From the NCBI GenBank assembly GCA_045593905.1, contig JAZNXL010000024.1, forward strand, positions 14,028 to 78,027: a DNA stretch of 64,000 nt, given 5' to 3'. Both the position numbers and the translations under genes were made by a program. The notes under the pieces are model-generated. The model was not told where the DNA came from and searched no databases. It saw only the letters and a list, made by a program, of their open reading frames with translations. Source of the stretch: Eubacteriales bacterium. GTDB taxonomy: Bacteria > Bacillota > Clostridia > Oscillospirales > QAKW01. This document shows, in pieces, positions 10,376 to 19,928 of the stretch; positions within the stretch are counted from its first letter, which is position 1, and each line of letters starts with the position of its first letter.

Positions 10376-11356
10376 ATGAAAAAATCAAACTATACATCAA
10401 TTGGTGGCAGTGCGCTTATAGAGGGCGTAATGATGCGCGGCAACAACAAAATGGCAATCGCCGTTAAAAAAGAAAACGGCGACCTCATTTTAAAAGTCGA
10501 GCCAACCAAACCCGCCAATAAAATAATATCTAAAATACCGATTGTAAGGGGCATTGTTTCATTTATAGCATCAATGGTTACAAGCTATAAATCGCTTATG
10601 TACTCGGCTGATGTTTCAATGGAGGACGCACTCGATGAAGAGCCCGAAAGCAAGCTCGATGCGTGGCTTACCAAGGTACTTGGTAACGGCGGCATGCAGG
10701 TGCTGGGCATTGTTTCAATGATGCTTGGTCTTGTACTCGCTGCGGCAATGTTTGTGTTTTTGCCCACCATTGTTGCCGATTTGTTTTCTGACTATGTTTT
10801 AGAGCTTTCGCCAACTGTTAAACGCCTGTCGGTAGGCATTTTTAAAATATTAATATTCGTTTTGTATATGTTTGGCGTTTCGCGTATGAAAGATATGCGC
10901 CGCGTGTTTATGTACCACGGTGCCGAGCATAAAACAATCTTTTGTTACGAAGCAAATAAACAACTCACAGTAGAAAACGCAAGACAGTTTACGCGCTTTC
11001 ATCCGCGTTGCGGAACATCGTTTATTGTGATAACCCTAATTGTAAGCTTTGCAATAAGCCTTGTTATTCCGTGGCAAAACGCGTGGTATCACTCGCTTAT
11101 AAAATTCTTGCTTTTACCTGCCGTTATGGGTGTTGCTTACGAGTGCATCCGCTTTGCAGGTAAATACGATAATGCGTTTACTCGTATTTTGTCAGCGCCG
11201 GGTGTGTTTATGCAACGAATAACAACAATCGAGCCTGATGACGATATGCTCGAGTGCGCAATCTACTCGCTAAAAGGTGTTATTGAAGATATTCCCCAAA
11301 ACACCCGACTCAAAGTTGTAAACGGAGAAATTGTAACCGATGAAAAAGGCAACTGA
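10376..11356 (+). CDS. DUF1385-family membrane protein (YqhQ-like)
   Basis: Contains SIGGSALIEGVMMRG and YHGAEHK. Sits upstream of prmC, which is the usual position in Firmicutes. Confidence 0.8.
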   Translation: MKKSNYTSIGGSALIEGVMMRGNNKMAIAVKKENGDLILKVEPTKPANKIISKIPIVRGIVSFIASMVTSYKSLMYSADVSMEDALDEEPESKLDAWLTKVLGNGGMQVLGIVSMMLGLVLAAAMFVFLPTIVADLFSDYVLELSPTVKRLSVGIFKILIFVLYMFGVSRMKDMRRVFMYHGAEHKTIFCYEANKQLTVENARQFTRFHPRCGTSFIVITLIVSFAISLVIPWQNAWYHSLIKFLLLPAVMGVAYECIRFAGKYDNAFTRILSAPGVFMQRITTIEPDDDMLECAIYSLKGVIEDIPQNTRLKVVNGEIVTDEKGN

Positions 11357-12173
11357 TGTTTTTTTACAAGGTAAACAAATACTAAAACAAAGCGGTATTC
11401 AAAGCTATAGCTTTGATGCCGCTTGCCTTTTTGAGCACTGCTTTAAAATTTCCCGACATCAGCTTTTGCTAAACCCCGACACCCCGCTCGACCCTACCGA
11501 GTTTTATGCGCTTTGTCAAAAATATGCAAACGGATATCCGCTGCAGTACATACTAAAATCGTGGCAGTTTATGGACTGCGAGTTTTATGTTGATGAAAAC
11601 GTGCTTATTCCGCGCGCAGATACTGAAACACTTGTTGAATACGTACTCACGCTCGACAACAAAACCGATATACTCGATATGTGCACAGGCTCGGGCTGTA
11701 TTGGTATTTCGCTTGCAAAAGCGTTGCCCGACTCAAACGTAACCCTTTGCGATGTCAGTGATTGCGCACTAAAGGTTGCACGAAAAAACAAAAAGCAAAA
11801 CGGTGTAAATGTTACAATTAAAAAAGCCGATCTATTAAATGGCTACAAGCGCTATTTTAAAAAGGCAAGCTTTGATGTTATTGTTTCAAACCCGCCATAT
11901 ATTAAATCAGCAGATATGCAAACGCTTGATAAATATGTAAAACACGAGCCAACACTCGCGCTGGATGGCGGCGAGGACGGCACCGATTTTTATAGAGCGC
12001 TCATTGTTTTGTGGAAAGACGCGCTAAAGCCGGGCGGAAGACTCGTGCTTGAAGCAGGGTATGATACAAAGAACGATATTATCGCTTTGTTTACCGAGTG
12101 CGGCTATGCCGACATAACGGTAAAAAAAGACTTAAGCGGTATTGTACGCGCAATAAGTGGAAAAAACTCGTAG
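11340..12173 (+). CDS. prmC: Release factor glutamine N5-methyltransferase
   Basis: SAM motif LDMCTGSGCIG and catalytic NPPY (VSNPPYI). Confidence 0.9.
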   Translation: MKKATDVFLQGKQILKQSGIQSYSFDAACLFEHCFKISRHQLLLNPDTPLDPTEFYALCQKYANGYPLQYILKSWQFMDCEFYVDENVLIPRADTETLVEYVLTLDNKTDILDMCTGSGCIGISLAKALPDSNVTLCDVSDCALKVARKNKKQNGVNVTIKKADLLNGYKRYFKKASFDVIVSNPPYIKSADMQTLDKYVKHEPTLALDGGEDGTDFYRALIVLWKDALKPGGRLVLEAGYDTKNDIIALFTECGYADITVKKDLSGIVRAISGKNS

Positions 12174-12193
12174 CCATTGGCTACGAGTTTTTT
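12161..12193. terminator. Bidirectional terminator (prmC / MATE gene)
   Basis: ACTCGTAGCC / GGCTACGAGT 10-bp stem flanked by A and T runs. Confidence 0.85.
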
Positions 12194-13533
12194 GTTATCC
12201 TTTTATAAACTACAAAGCACATAGTTGTTTGCACCGCAAAGGTTGCAATCCACGAAATCGGGTATGACATCGCAAGCGAAATTATATTGTGGTATTTTGG
12301 AATTTGGAATACTGTAAATATCCACATGAGCCTGAATCCGCAAACACCCATAATCGAAACAAGCATTGGTATAACCGAGCTTCCCATACCTCTTAGTATA
12401 CCTGTTGAAATTTCCATAAACCCGCATAAAAAATAGGTTGATGCTATAACATAAAACTGTAGCATACCCTGTTTTATTGCCTCGGGCGAATCGGTAATGT
12501 AAATTGATAAAAGCGGCTCACCAAACAATATAATAAGTCCGCCTATTGTTATGCCAATAATAAAGGCGCAGGCAATTGTAACTCCAAACACCTTTTTAAT
12601 TCGAGGATAGTTTTTAAAACCAAAGCATCTGCCTGCAAAGTTAACTGCAGTTGCTGAAAACGAGTTGAGCGAGGTATATAAAAAGCCTGTTATGTTACTT
12701 GCCGCCGCATATCCCGACATGGTAACCGAACCAAATGAGTTAACCGACGACTGAATTATAACGTTTGATATTGCAAACAGCGACGACTGAATACCTGCAG
12801 GGAGACCTATTTTAATAATTTTTGAAAGGGTGCGCCTGTCGATTTTACTCTTTTTAATTTGATACTTACAACAGTCGTTACAGCGCATAAGCGTTCTTAA
12901 AACCAACACTGCCGAAATAAGCTGTGAGGTCATTGTTGCAATAGCAACACCTGCAACGTCAAGCTTTACCGCTGTTACAAGAATAACATTTAAAATAACG
13001 TTTACAACACCCGCAACGGTTAGCGCAATAAGTGGGCTTTTGGTGTCGCCCTGCGCCCTTAAAATTGCCGCGGCAAAGTTATAAAGGAGCGTAAACACCA
13101 TGCCGCAAAAATAAATTCGCAAATAAAGGCTTGATTTATCAATTACGTCTGCGGGGCTGCCCATAAGCCTGAGTAACGGTTTTGCAGCAAACACGCCAAT
13201 AACCGTCAACATCAATCCGCAAATTACAGCGGTGGGTATTGCGGTATGAACAATTTTTGACACTTGTTTCTCGTCGCCTGCACCAAGAGCGTGAGCCGCC
13301 GAAACACCAACGCCAACCGAAAGGCCTATAAACAGGTTTACAATAAGCGATGTAAGTGAGCCTGTTGAACCAACTGCCGCAAGTGATGTGCTTCCACAAA
13401 ACCTGCCGACTACTACAAGGTCTGCAGCATTAAACAAAAGCTGTAAAATACCCGACAAAATAATAGGAACGGTGTAAGAAAAAATGCTTTTAAAAAGTGG
13501 TCCGTTCAGCATATCAACCTTAGTGTTGCGCAA
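12181..13533 (-). CDS. MATE-family efflux transporter
   Basis: 450 aa, about 12 TM segments, MATE-like N-terminus (LFKSIFSYTVPIILSGILQLLFNAADLVVVGRF). Confidence 0.9.
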   Translation of the reverse strand: MRNTKVDMLNGPLFKSIFSYTVPIILSGILQLLFNAADLVVVGRFCGSTSLAAVGSTGSLTSLIVNLFIGLSVGVGVSAAHALGAGDEKQVSKIVHTAIPTAVICGLMLTVIGVFAAKPLLRLMGSPADVIDKSSLYLRIYFCGMVFTLLYNFAAAILRAQGDTKSPLIALTVAGVVNVILNVILVTAVKLDVAGVAIATMTSQLISAVLVLRTLMRCNDCCKYQIKKSKIDRRTLSKIIKIGLPAGIQSSLFAISNVIIQSSVNSFGSVTMSGYAAASNITGFLYTSLNSFSATAVNFAGRCFGFKNYPRIKKVFGVTIACAFIIGITIGGLIILFGEPLLSIYITDSPEAIKQGMLQFYVIASTYFLCGFMEISTGILRGMGSSVIPMLVSIMGVCGFRLMWIFTVFQIPKYHNIISLAMSYPISWIATFAVQTTMCFVVYKRITKNS

Positions 13534-13651
13534 AACAATCGCCCCCCATTGCCCTCATTATAGCACCCTCGTTTTATTTTTCAATAGTTTGTTGTAATTT
13601 ATTTTAAATTATATTAGAATATAGTTAATTCACTTTTTTAAGGAAAGTAAA

Positions 13652-14905
13652 ATGAAAATAAAAACTAAAAAAATAGACTTTGAAACTACGCAAACGCTAA
13701 AGCGCATAACCCACCAAAAGCCACTAAAGGCACCGATTGTTATGCGCTTTCTTGTTCGTGTTTTGTCAATACCCGACCTTATGCGAGTCCGCTTTTCGTA
13801 TACAGGTAAAATACCAAAAGAGGCTGGGCTTGTGCTAATGAACCACTCAAGCTTTTTAGACCTTAAGATTGCATCAAAAATATTTTTTCCAAAGGCTTAC
13901 GGCATTGTTTGCACAACCGACGCGCTTATCGGCAAAAAATGGCTTATGCGCCTTATCGGTTGCATACCCACCCGCAAGTTTATAAGCGATTATTCGCTTA
14001 TATCCGATATTAAATATATGTTGTCAAAAAACACCCATGTGCTTATGTACCCTGAGGCAGGGTATAGCTTTGACGGTACAAAAACAGTGCTCCCCAGAAA
14101 GTTCGGGCTTTTGTTAAAACGCCTTAACGTGCCCGTTTATTACATTGGAACAAGCGGCGTGTTTTTACACGACCCGCTTTATAACGGACTGCGTTTGCGT
14201 AAGGTTAAAGTAACCGCCAAAGTTAAAACCTTACTTACACCCGAACAAATTAAATCAATGTCGGTTGACGAGATTGACAAGGCCGTAAACGACGCGTTTG
14301 GCTTTGATGCGTTTTTAGAGCAACAACAAAACAATATTAAAATTACCGAGCCGTTTCGCGCAATAGGTCTTGAGCGCATTTTGTATAAGTGTCCGCACTG
14401 TATGGCAGAGGGCAAAACAAAAGGCGAAGGCATAACCCTTACCTGTAGTGCCTGCGGCAAAAAATGGCTTTTAACCGAATACGGCAAAATGCTCTCTACC
14501 GAGGGCGTTACCGAGTTTAAGCATATTCCAAATTGGTTTAACTGGCAACGCGCCGAGGTACTAAAAGAAATCGAGAGCGGCAGCTATAACCTCAAATCAA
14601 AAGTAAAAATCGGTATGATTGTAAACTATAAAGCCTTTTATGAGGTGGGCGAGGGCGAACTTACTCACACAAATGACGGCTTTGAACTTACAGGCTGTAA
14701 CGGTAAACTAAACTATACCCAACCGTCAGGCGCAACGCATACGCTAAATGCTGATTGGTTTTGGTACGAAAAGGGCGATGTTATCAGCATTGGCGATACC
14801 GATGCGTTATATTATTGCTTTGTACAAGATGGAATAAGCGTTGCAAAAGCAAGGCTTGCCACCGAAGAACTTTATAAAATAGCAAAACAAAAAAGGACTC
14901 AATGA
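13652..14905 (+). CDS. PlsC-type acyltransferase-family protein with a C-terminal Zn-ribbon-containing domain
   Basis: HX4D motif (NHSSFLD) and the YPEAG block. CPHC...CSAC pair in the C-terminal half. Confidence 0.7.
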   Translation: MKIKTKKIDFETTQTLKRITHQKPLKAPIVMRFLVRVLSIPDLMRVRFSYTGKIPKEAGLVLMNHSSFLDLKIASKIFFPKAYGIVCTTDALIGKKWLMRLIGCIPTRKFISDYSLISDIKYMLSKNTHVLMYPEAGYSFDGTKTVLPRKFGLLLKRLNVPVYYIGTSGVFLHDPLYNGLRLRKVKVTAKVKTLLTPEQIKSMSVDEIDKAVNDAFGFDAFLEQQQNNIKITEPFRAIGLERILYKCPHCMAEGKTKGEGITLTCSACGKKWLLTEYGKMLSTEGVTEFKHIPNWFNWQRAEVLKEIESGSYNLKSKVKIGMIVNYKAFYEVGEGELTHTNDGFELTGCNGKLNYTQPSGATHTLNADWFWYEKGDVISIGDTDALYYCFVQDGISVAKARLATEELYKIAKQKRTQ

Positions 14906-14920
14906 GTCCTTTTTATTTTT
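14889..14920. terminator. Bidirectional terminator
   Basis: AGGACTC AAT GAGTCCT followed by a T-run. Confidence 0.8.
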
Positions 14921-16796
14921 TCACTATAAAAGCCGCGAACTTGTATGCGCCAATATCGTTTAAAACAACCTTGTCGCCCAAAAGCTTACCGCTTGTATTT
15001 ATAAATTCTATATTTGAATATTCGCTATCAAGCTCAACAGTGGGGTTAAAAGCATCGTCTTCAAAAAAGTTCCATAGCCCTACCGTGAGCGAACTTTCGT
15101 CTTGCTTACATAAAATGTACAGCGACGGACAACCGTCAACGTGTGCAGGCAGCTTTTTGCCGCAGAGCCAGGGCATTATGTTTGCGTATTGACGCGCGCG
15201 TTCATAGTGATATAACAGGTTGCTGTTAACACTTTTTGAAACAATGCGTGTGTTTATGTTTAGCACAAAAAACCTGTTGCCGTCAGCGTTTTCATAGGTG
15301 AACGAAACAGGAATAACACCCTTTAACGTTTGCATATTACTTAAAACAGTTGCGTTTTTGCAAAGCTCTATGTTAAACACGCCGGAGCCGAGAGATAAAA
15401 TGTGGTTGTCGTTATGTAAAAATCGTTCTTCGATGCCGTCGGTCAGCATTTCTCCAAAGCTTTCAATACCAACGTCAACGCCGCGTTCGGTTAAAATTTT
15501 AGCCGCAATAATATCAACTATCGTACCGTTTTTCAAAGCATCAAGCGGAAGTGCGCGTGCGTTTTCGTCAAACACCGCACCGCAAACACCGTCACCCTCG
15601 TATACTGTAGGGATAGTGTTGTATGCAAGCGTGCGAGCCGCCGCCGAAAAGAACATATACTCAGGCTTTTCGCATTTTACAAGCGAGTCGGTTTGCATAT
15701 TTAAAAATTTACCCTCGTACTCATAAACACGAACACCGCAGTCGGTTTTGTTTGAAAAAGCGGCCTCAATTTGTTTATAGACATCTTTATTGCGGATATG
15801 GTGCTTTGTATATCCCGTTTCATAGTCGGCGTTTGAGCAGTAGTCGAGTGCATACTTTAAGATTCCGTCTGTTGCACCCGAAGCTCTTATAGCAGTATCA
15901 AAGCCTTCAACAAAGCTTGCAGGACAAAGTGTTCGCGGACGCGGGAATGAATCTCCCTCTGCCATAATCTCGATGTTGTCGTCTTTTGTCCACGCACTTT
16001 CCATGCGCTCAAGCTCTATCGTATCAGCAAGGCGGTTGCCCCAGCTTTTTCGCGCTGCCCAGTAGGGCGCACCGCTTAAGCGCAAAAACGGTTTTGTGTC
16101 ACCTGCAAGGACATATGCAAGCTCGCGGGCAAATACTCCGTCAATATCCCACGACGAAAGACAGGCGCACGCGCCAAGCCTTATGCTTGTGTTAATTTCA
16201 TTTACCGCCGAGCGCATATTTTTTGCAAATTGTAAAAATGCATCGCCGTTTGCTTTTATGTACGCATCGCGGTAAGCGTTTTTACCGCCCTGCAATATTT
16301 TTTTATAAAGCTGCTCACGCGTTAAATTATCATTTGTTATTTCATTAATTATTTTAATGTGATTGTCGCAAAGACAGGCAGGGGAGTCTCCCAAAAAAGC
16401 GTACCTGTAATCGTCGTCGAACATTATAAGGTCAACACCGCATTTTGCAATGTTTTTTATATATTCTTTTGCAAACTCAACAAAATTTTTGTCGGTAGGA
16501 CAGACAAACTCTGTTATCTCACTGCCATTGAGACTACGCATATTGCAAAAGCTGTGCTTTTCTTTTATCCAAAAAGTCCAAATCCAAGCGCCAACCTCAA
16601 ACCCGTGCGATTTAAAAAACTCGCAGTTGTCTTTAAGCTCTTCAAAAACGGCGGTTGCAGTATCAACGTTTAGCTCATAACACGAAAGCGCCAAAAAAAC
16701 ACGCTTTGCATCAAGCGCTTTTAAATGCTCAAGCAATTTTTGTCTGCCGGCTCTTTTAATGGTACTGTTTTTTATAGGTACAGAAATGCTATACAT
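14913..16796 (-). CDS. Uncharacterised 627-aa cytoplasmic protein (N-terminal half possibly TIM-barrel/hydrolase-like)
   Basis: Long uninterrupted ORF in an operon with a DMT permease. No family recognised by eye. Confidence 0.7.
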   Translation of the reverse strand: MYSISVPIKNSTIKRAGRQKLLEHLKALDAKRVFLALSCYELNVDTATAVFEELKDNCEFFKSHGFEVGAWIWTFWIKEKHSFCNMRSLNGSEITEFVCPTDKNFVEFAKEYIKNIAKCGVDLIMFDDDYRYAFLGDSPACLCDNHIKIINEITNDNLTREQLYKKILQGGKNAYRDAYIKANGDAFLQFAKNMRSAVNEINTSIRLGACACLSSWDIDGVFARELAYVLAGDTKPFLRLSGAPYWAARKSWGNRLADTIELERMESAWTKDDNIEIMAEGDSFPRPRTLCPASFVEGFDTAIRASGATDGILKYALDYCSNADYETGYTKHHIRNKDVYKQIEAAFSNKTDCGVRVYEYEGKFLNMQTDSLVKCEKPEYMFFSAAARTLAYNTIPTVYEGDGVCGAVFDENARALPLDALKNGTIVDIIAAKILTERGVDVGIESFGEMLTDGIEERFLHNDNHILSLGSGVFNIELCKNATVLSNMQTLKGVIPVSFTYENADGNRFFVLNINTRIVSKSVNSNLLYHYERARQYANIMPWLCGKKLPAHVDGCPSLYILCKQDESSLTVGLWNFFEDDAFNPTVELDSEYSNIEFINTSGKLLGDKVVLNDIGAYKFAAFIVKK

Positions 16797-16806
16797 ATAA
16801 AACTCC

Positions 16807-17655
16807 TTAAATATTGAGTAAAACTACTGAGCAAACGCCAAGCACAAAGCCAATAAGCTGTGTTTTTGTAAGTTTTTCTTTGTAAACAAACCTTGAAACA
16901 AAGTATGTAATTATTATTCCGCCTGCCGATATGAGCGGGAACATAAGCGATACAGGCATTTTGCCCGAAAGCACCATAACAAATAAATTAACAGCACCGT
17001 TTGTTAAGCCGCAGCCAATGGCAAAATACCAGCCTGCTTTTGCACATCTTTTAATGTAGCTTTTTTCTTTTATAAGCGAAGCGATAAAAAGACCAAAGCA
17101 AACCGATGCAAGCGCAATAATCATAAACTCGTTTTTGTATTTGCCGTCAAAGGCGACCTGTTGCATTTTTTGAACGGTTGAACACATACCGTTGCCTACA
17201 AATGCCAAAAATACGTATATAAGCCATCTGCGTGTAATTTTAATAGACTCGCTCTTTTTGTTTATAAGCACAAGCGATATAAGTAATAAAGCAATACCGG
17301 GTATAAGCCCAATGCTTACAGGGTCGTTTAAAAAAATCAATCCGTAAAAGGTAGGTATCATTAACGAAAACGAGATTATAAGCGCGGTTAGTGACAAAGC
17401 GCCCGTTGAGGTGGCAAGCACGCTAAATACGGTTGACGTACCGTACGAAAGCGCAAACCCGAGCGCATAAGGTATAAGCCCCGCTTCCCACTTAAAGCCG
17501 CCCGATGTTATTATAAAAAACGTCATAGCCGCAAAGCTCGAAAGAGTACTGAATAAAAACGAACCTTTGCCATCGTTTTTTTGTGTATACGGTTTTTTGA
17601 TTATGTTTTGGAAAGAAACACCCAAAATAATTGATAATAAAAGTATAGCGTTCAT
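16807..17655 (-). CDS. DMT/EamA-type permease (10 TM)
   Basis: 282 aa, two-fold repeated 5-TM pattern. Confidence 0.8.
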   Translation of the reverse strand: MNAILLLSIILGVSFQNIIKKPYTQKNDGKGSFLFSTLSSFAAMTFFIITSGGFKWEAGLIPYALGFALSYGTSTVFSVLATSTGALSLTALIISFSLMIPTFYGLIFLNDPVSIGLIPGIALLLISLVLINKKSESIKITRRWLIYVFLAFVGNGMCSTVQKMQQVAFDGKYKNEFMIIALASVCFGLFIASLIKEKSYIKRCAKAGWYFAIGCGLTNGAVNLFVMVLSGKMPVSLMFPLISAGGIIITYFVSRFVYKEKLTKTQLIGFVLGVCSVVLLNI

Positions 17656-17767
17656 TGTTTCACCTCAAATATATTTATACATTAATAACACGCTGTTTTC
17701 AATATGTTTTTTTCTTAAAATATTGCACTTTCTTCCTAAAATAAGTATAATAATTTTAGGTGATAAA

Positions 17768-18565
17768 ATGAAAATAAGGTATAATACACAAAAGCTCGAA
17801 CAAATCGTAAACACGTTATTTACACTCACAGGAATAAGTATTGCGGTTTTAGACACAGAGTATAACTATATTTGTAAAAGAACAAAACAAAATGATTTTT
17901 GTGTTAATATTCAAGGCGATGAGCAAAGCAAGAAAAAATGCGTTATCTGTGACCAAGAATTATTGCAAAAATGTAAAAATAGCCGAGCTTTCGAAAGCCA
18001 TATTTGTCACGCAGGCTTGTTTGATGCGGTAACTCCAATAATTAAAAACGAAAAAATTGTCGGCTACGTTATTATGGGCAGAGTACGTGTGGAGGAGCAG
18101 GGCAATAGTCAGCTTTGCTTATCTTCTAAACAGCAAACCCTGTATAATGAACTGCCGTTTTATACAAGCGAACAAGTACAATGCTTAAAATTGCTTGTTG
18201 AAGATATACTTTTTGAAAACGCAATCACGGTCGACTTTGACCCCTTAATTGATAGCGTTGCGGAATATATAAAAAACAACCTTGCAAGCAATCACAGTAT
18301 TAGTCAGCTGTGTTCAAGGTTTTGCATTTCGAAAAATTATTTGTATAACGGCTTTGCAAGGTACTTGGGTGTTACTGTAAACGACTATATAATAAATTTA
18401 CGTATTGAAAAGGCTAAGCAGCTGCTTAATCAAAGTGATTTAAAGGTTTATCAGGTGTGTGAACAGGTGGGAATTGATAACTATACATATTTTTGTAAAA
18501 TGTTTAAAAAACGAACAGGCTACACACCAAAACAATTTAAAGACAAACAAAAAAGGGCTCATTGA
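17768..18565 (+). CDS. AraC-family regulator with an N-terminal PocR-like sensor domain
   Basis: Cys/His-rich PocR-like N-terminus (CVNIQ..CVICD..CHAGLFD) and a C-terminal AraC HTH. ATG at 17768; the upstream extension in the ORF track overlaps the neighbouring gene. Confidence 0.85.
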   Translation: MKIRYNTQKLEQIVNTLFTLTGISIAVLDTEYNYICKRTKQNDFCVNIQGDEQSKKKCVICDQELLQKCKNSRAFESHICHAGLFDAVTPIIKNEKIVGYVIMGRVRVEEQGNSQLCLSSKQQTLYNELPFYTSEQVQCLKLLVEDILFENAITVDFDPLIDSVAEYIKNNLASNHSISQLCSRFCISKNYLYNGFARYLGVTVNDYIINLRIEKAKQLLNQSDLKVYQVCEQVGIDNYTYFCKMFKKRTGYTPKQFKDKQKRAH

Positions 18566-18576
18566 GCCCTTTTTTA
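18549..18576. terminator. Bidirectional terminator (AraC gene / spoVT)
   Basis: A-run, GGGCTC ATT GAGCCC, T-run. Confidence 0.8.
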
Positions 18577-19104
18577 ATTTTCCATTTGTTTGCCAATGAA
18601 TACAGCCGATGCGGTTACAAGCTTAAGGTCGGCTTCGGTTATAGGCTTGTCAGCGGTTTTAATAAACGCGACCGCGCCAAGCGCATCGCCCGCGGCGATA
18701 ATGGGGTAGGCTGCAACCACCACCTGCGCGCTGTCACTTGTCAGAGGCAGGTCAGAGCTTTCGCTCAAATATGCCTTGCGTGACGAGATAATCTCTTCAA
18801 TACCCTTGCTTACAGGGCGCTCAAGCACGTCTTTTTTACCGCTGCCAGCAAACGCAATAACCGAGTCGTTGTCGCACACGGCACAGGCTACGCCTGTAAC
18901 ACCGTAGAGCGATGCGCAAATATCCCCGGCAAACGCCGACAAATCATTAAGCGGCGAATACTTTTTAAATATAACCCCGCCCTCGCGGTCAGTAAAAATC
19001 TCAAGCGGGTCGCCCTCACGAATTCTCATAGTACGGCGAATTTCTTTCGGGATAACAACCCTACCTAAATCATCTATTCTTCTCACAATACCTGTTGCTT
19101 TCAT
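18574..19104 (-). CDS. spoVT: Stage V sporulation protein T (AbrB-type N-domain plus GAF-like C-domain)
   Basis: Starts MKATGIVRRIDDLGRVVIPKEIRRTMRIREGDPLEIF; 176 aa. Confidence 0.9.
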   Translation of the reverse strand: MKATGIVRRIDDLGRVVIPKEIRRTMRIREGDPLEIFTDREGGVIFKKYSPLNDLSAFAGDICASLYGVTGVACAVCDNDSVIAFAGSGKKDVLERPVSKGIEEIISSRKAYLSESSDLPLTSDSAQVVVAAYPIIAAGDALGAVAFIKTADKPITEADLKLVTASAVFIGKQMEN

Positions 19105-19205
19105 ATATAAAAACTCCTTTTCACTATTTAATGGTGTGGAGTTAGTATGTGGAATATTGCCATTATTATACTCGAAAAGAATATGCGTGTTTTTTTATTT
19201 AGGTC

Positions 19206-19264
19206 TTGACAAATGCATTTTTATGGTATATTCTAAGGATAGAACAACTTAGAGTCTAAGTTGT
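19206..19264 (+). promoter_or_regulatory. Putative promoter (TTGACA-17-TATTCT) followed by a perfect 10-bp-arm palindrome
   Basis: TTGACA at 19206-19211. ACAACTTAGA-G-TCTAAGTTGT at 19244-19264, just upstream of the RBS of the 145-aa gene. Confidence 0.4.
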
Positions 19265-19288
19265 GATAATTAAAAAGGAGATATTTAT

Positions 19289-19726
19289 ATGCGAGTACAA
19301 TTTTATCCATCAAAAGCACTTCAAACTTGTTTGTCTGCTGATGCAGCTTCAATGAACATAAGTCTATCAGCAGTAGTTGTCAGTATTTTGGAGGAGTATT
19401 ACAAGATTTCCCCTCAACTCCCTCCGTTTACACAATTGATAACACAAATTTGTGTTGAAGTCGAAAGGTATTTATTGTCTATTGAAGATATGCATCATGA
19501 GTTCCCTCTATCTGAGGCCTCGGAAACATATAGAAAAATACCTATGACCGCTAACGGAAAACCCAACCCATTAAGGATGAGAATCGGTAAAGCCTTCAAT
19601 AAACAAACCACTTCTGGTCGTTTTAGTGGAATTATTGAACAAGTGTTTTTAGATTCAGAAAGAAAAAAGCCAAAACGAGACGCAAACAGAGCAGCAATAT
19701 ATATCTTATTAAGTAATCCAAAGTAG
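19289..19726 (+). CDS. Hypothetical 145-aa protein with a possible ribbon-helix-helix N-terminus
   Basis: Good RBS (AAAGGAG). The N-terminus VQFYPSKALQTCLSADAASMNISLSAVVVSILEEYY fits a beta-alpha-alpha pattern. Confidence 0.6.
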   Translation: MRVQFYPSKALQTCLSADAASMNISLSAVVVSILEEYYKISPQLPPFTQLITQICVEVERYLLSIEDMHHEFPLSEASETYRKIPMTANGKPNPLRMRIGKAFNKQTTSGRFSGIIEQVFLDSERKKPKRDANRAAIYILLSNPK

Positions 19727-19928
19727 AAAGGATGGAATAATTATGGTTTGGAATGAATTGAAAGAACCATGATTTCCCGATTGACAAGGGAGGCTTTCCC
19801 TGTGCCTACAATAATTTTACAAATTACGCTGTTAGTATCTGTAAACAGGGAAGATTTATACTTGCGGATTTACTTTTGATAATTATTATGGTATAATACA
19901 TAGAAAAATTTGCTTGGAGGAATTTATT

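Noticed and set aside
17567-17767. N-terminal extensions in the ORF track: 17567, 26523, 29867, 26631, 56404, 60695, 22824, 19914 and 40706.
   Set aside because: The extensions begin at non-ATG codons, lack an RBS, overlap neighbouring genes or promoter regions, and add non-homologous residues. In each case an internal ATG or GTG with a good RBS restores the canonical family N-terminus.
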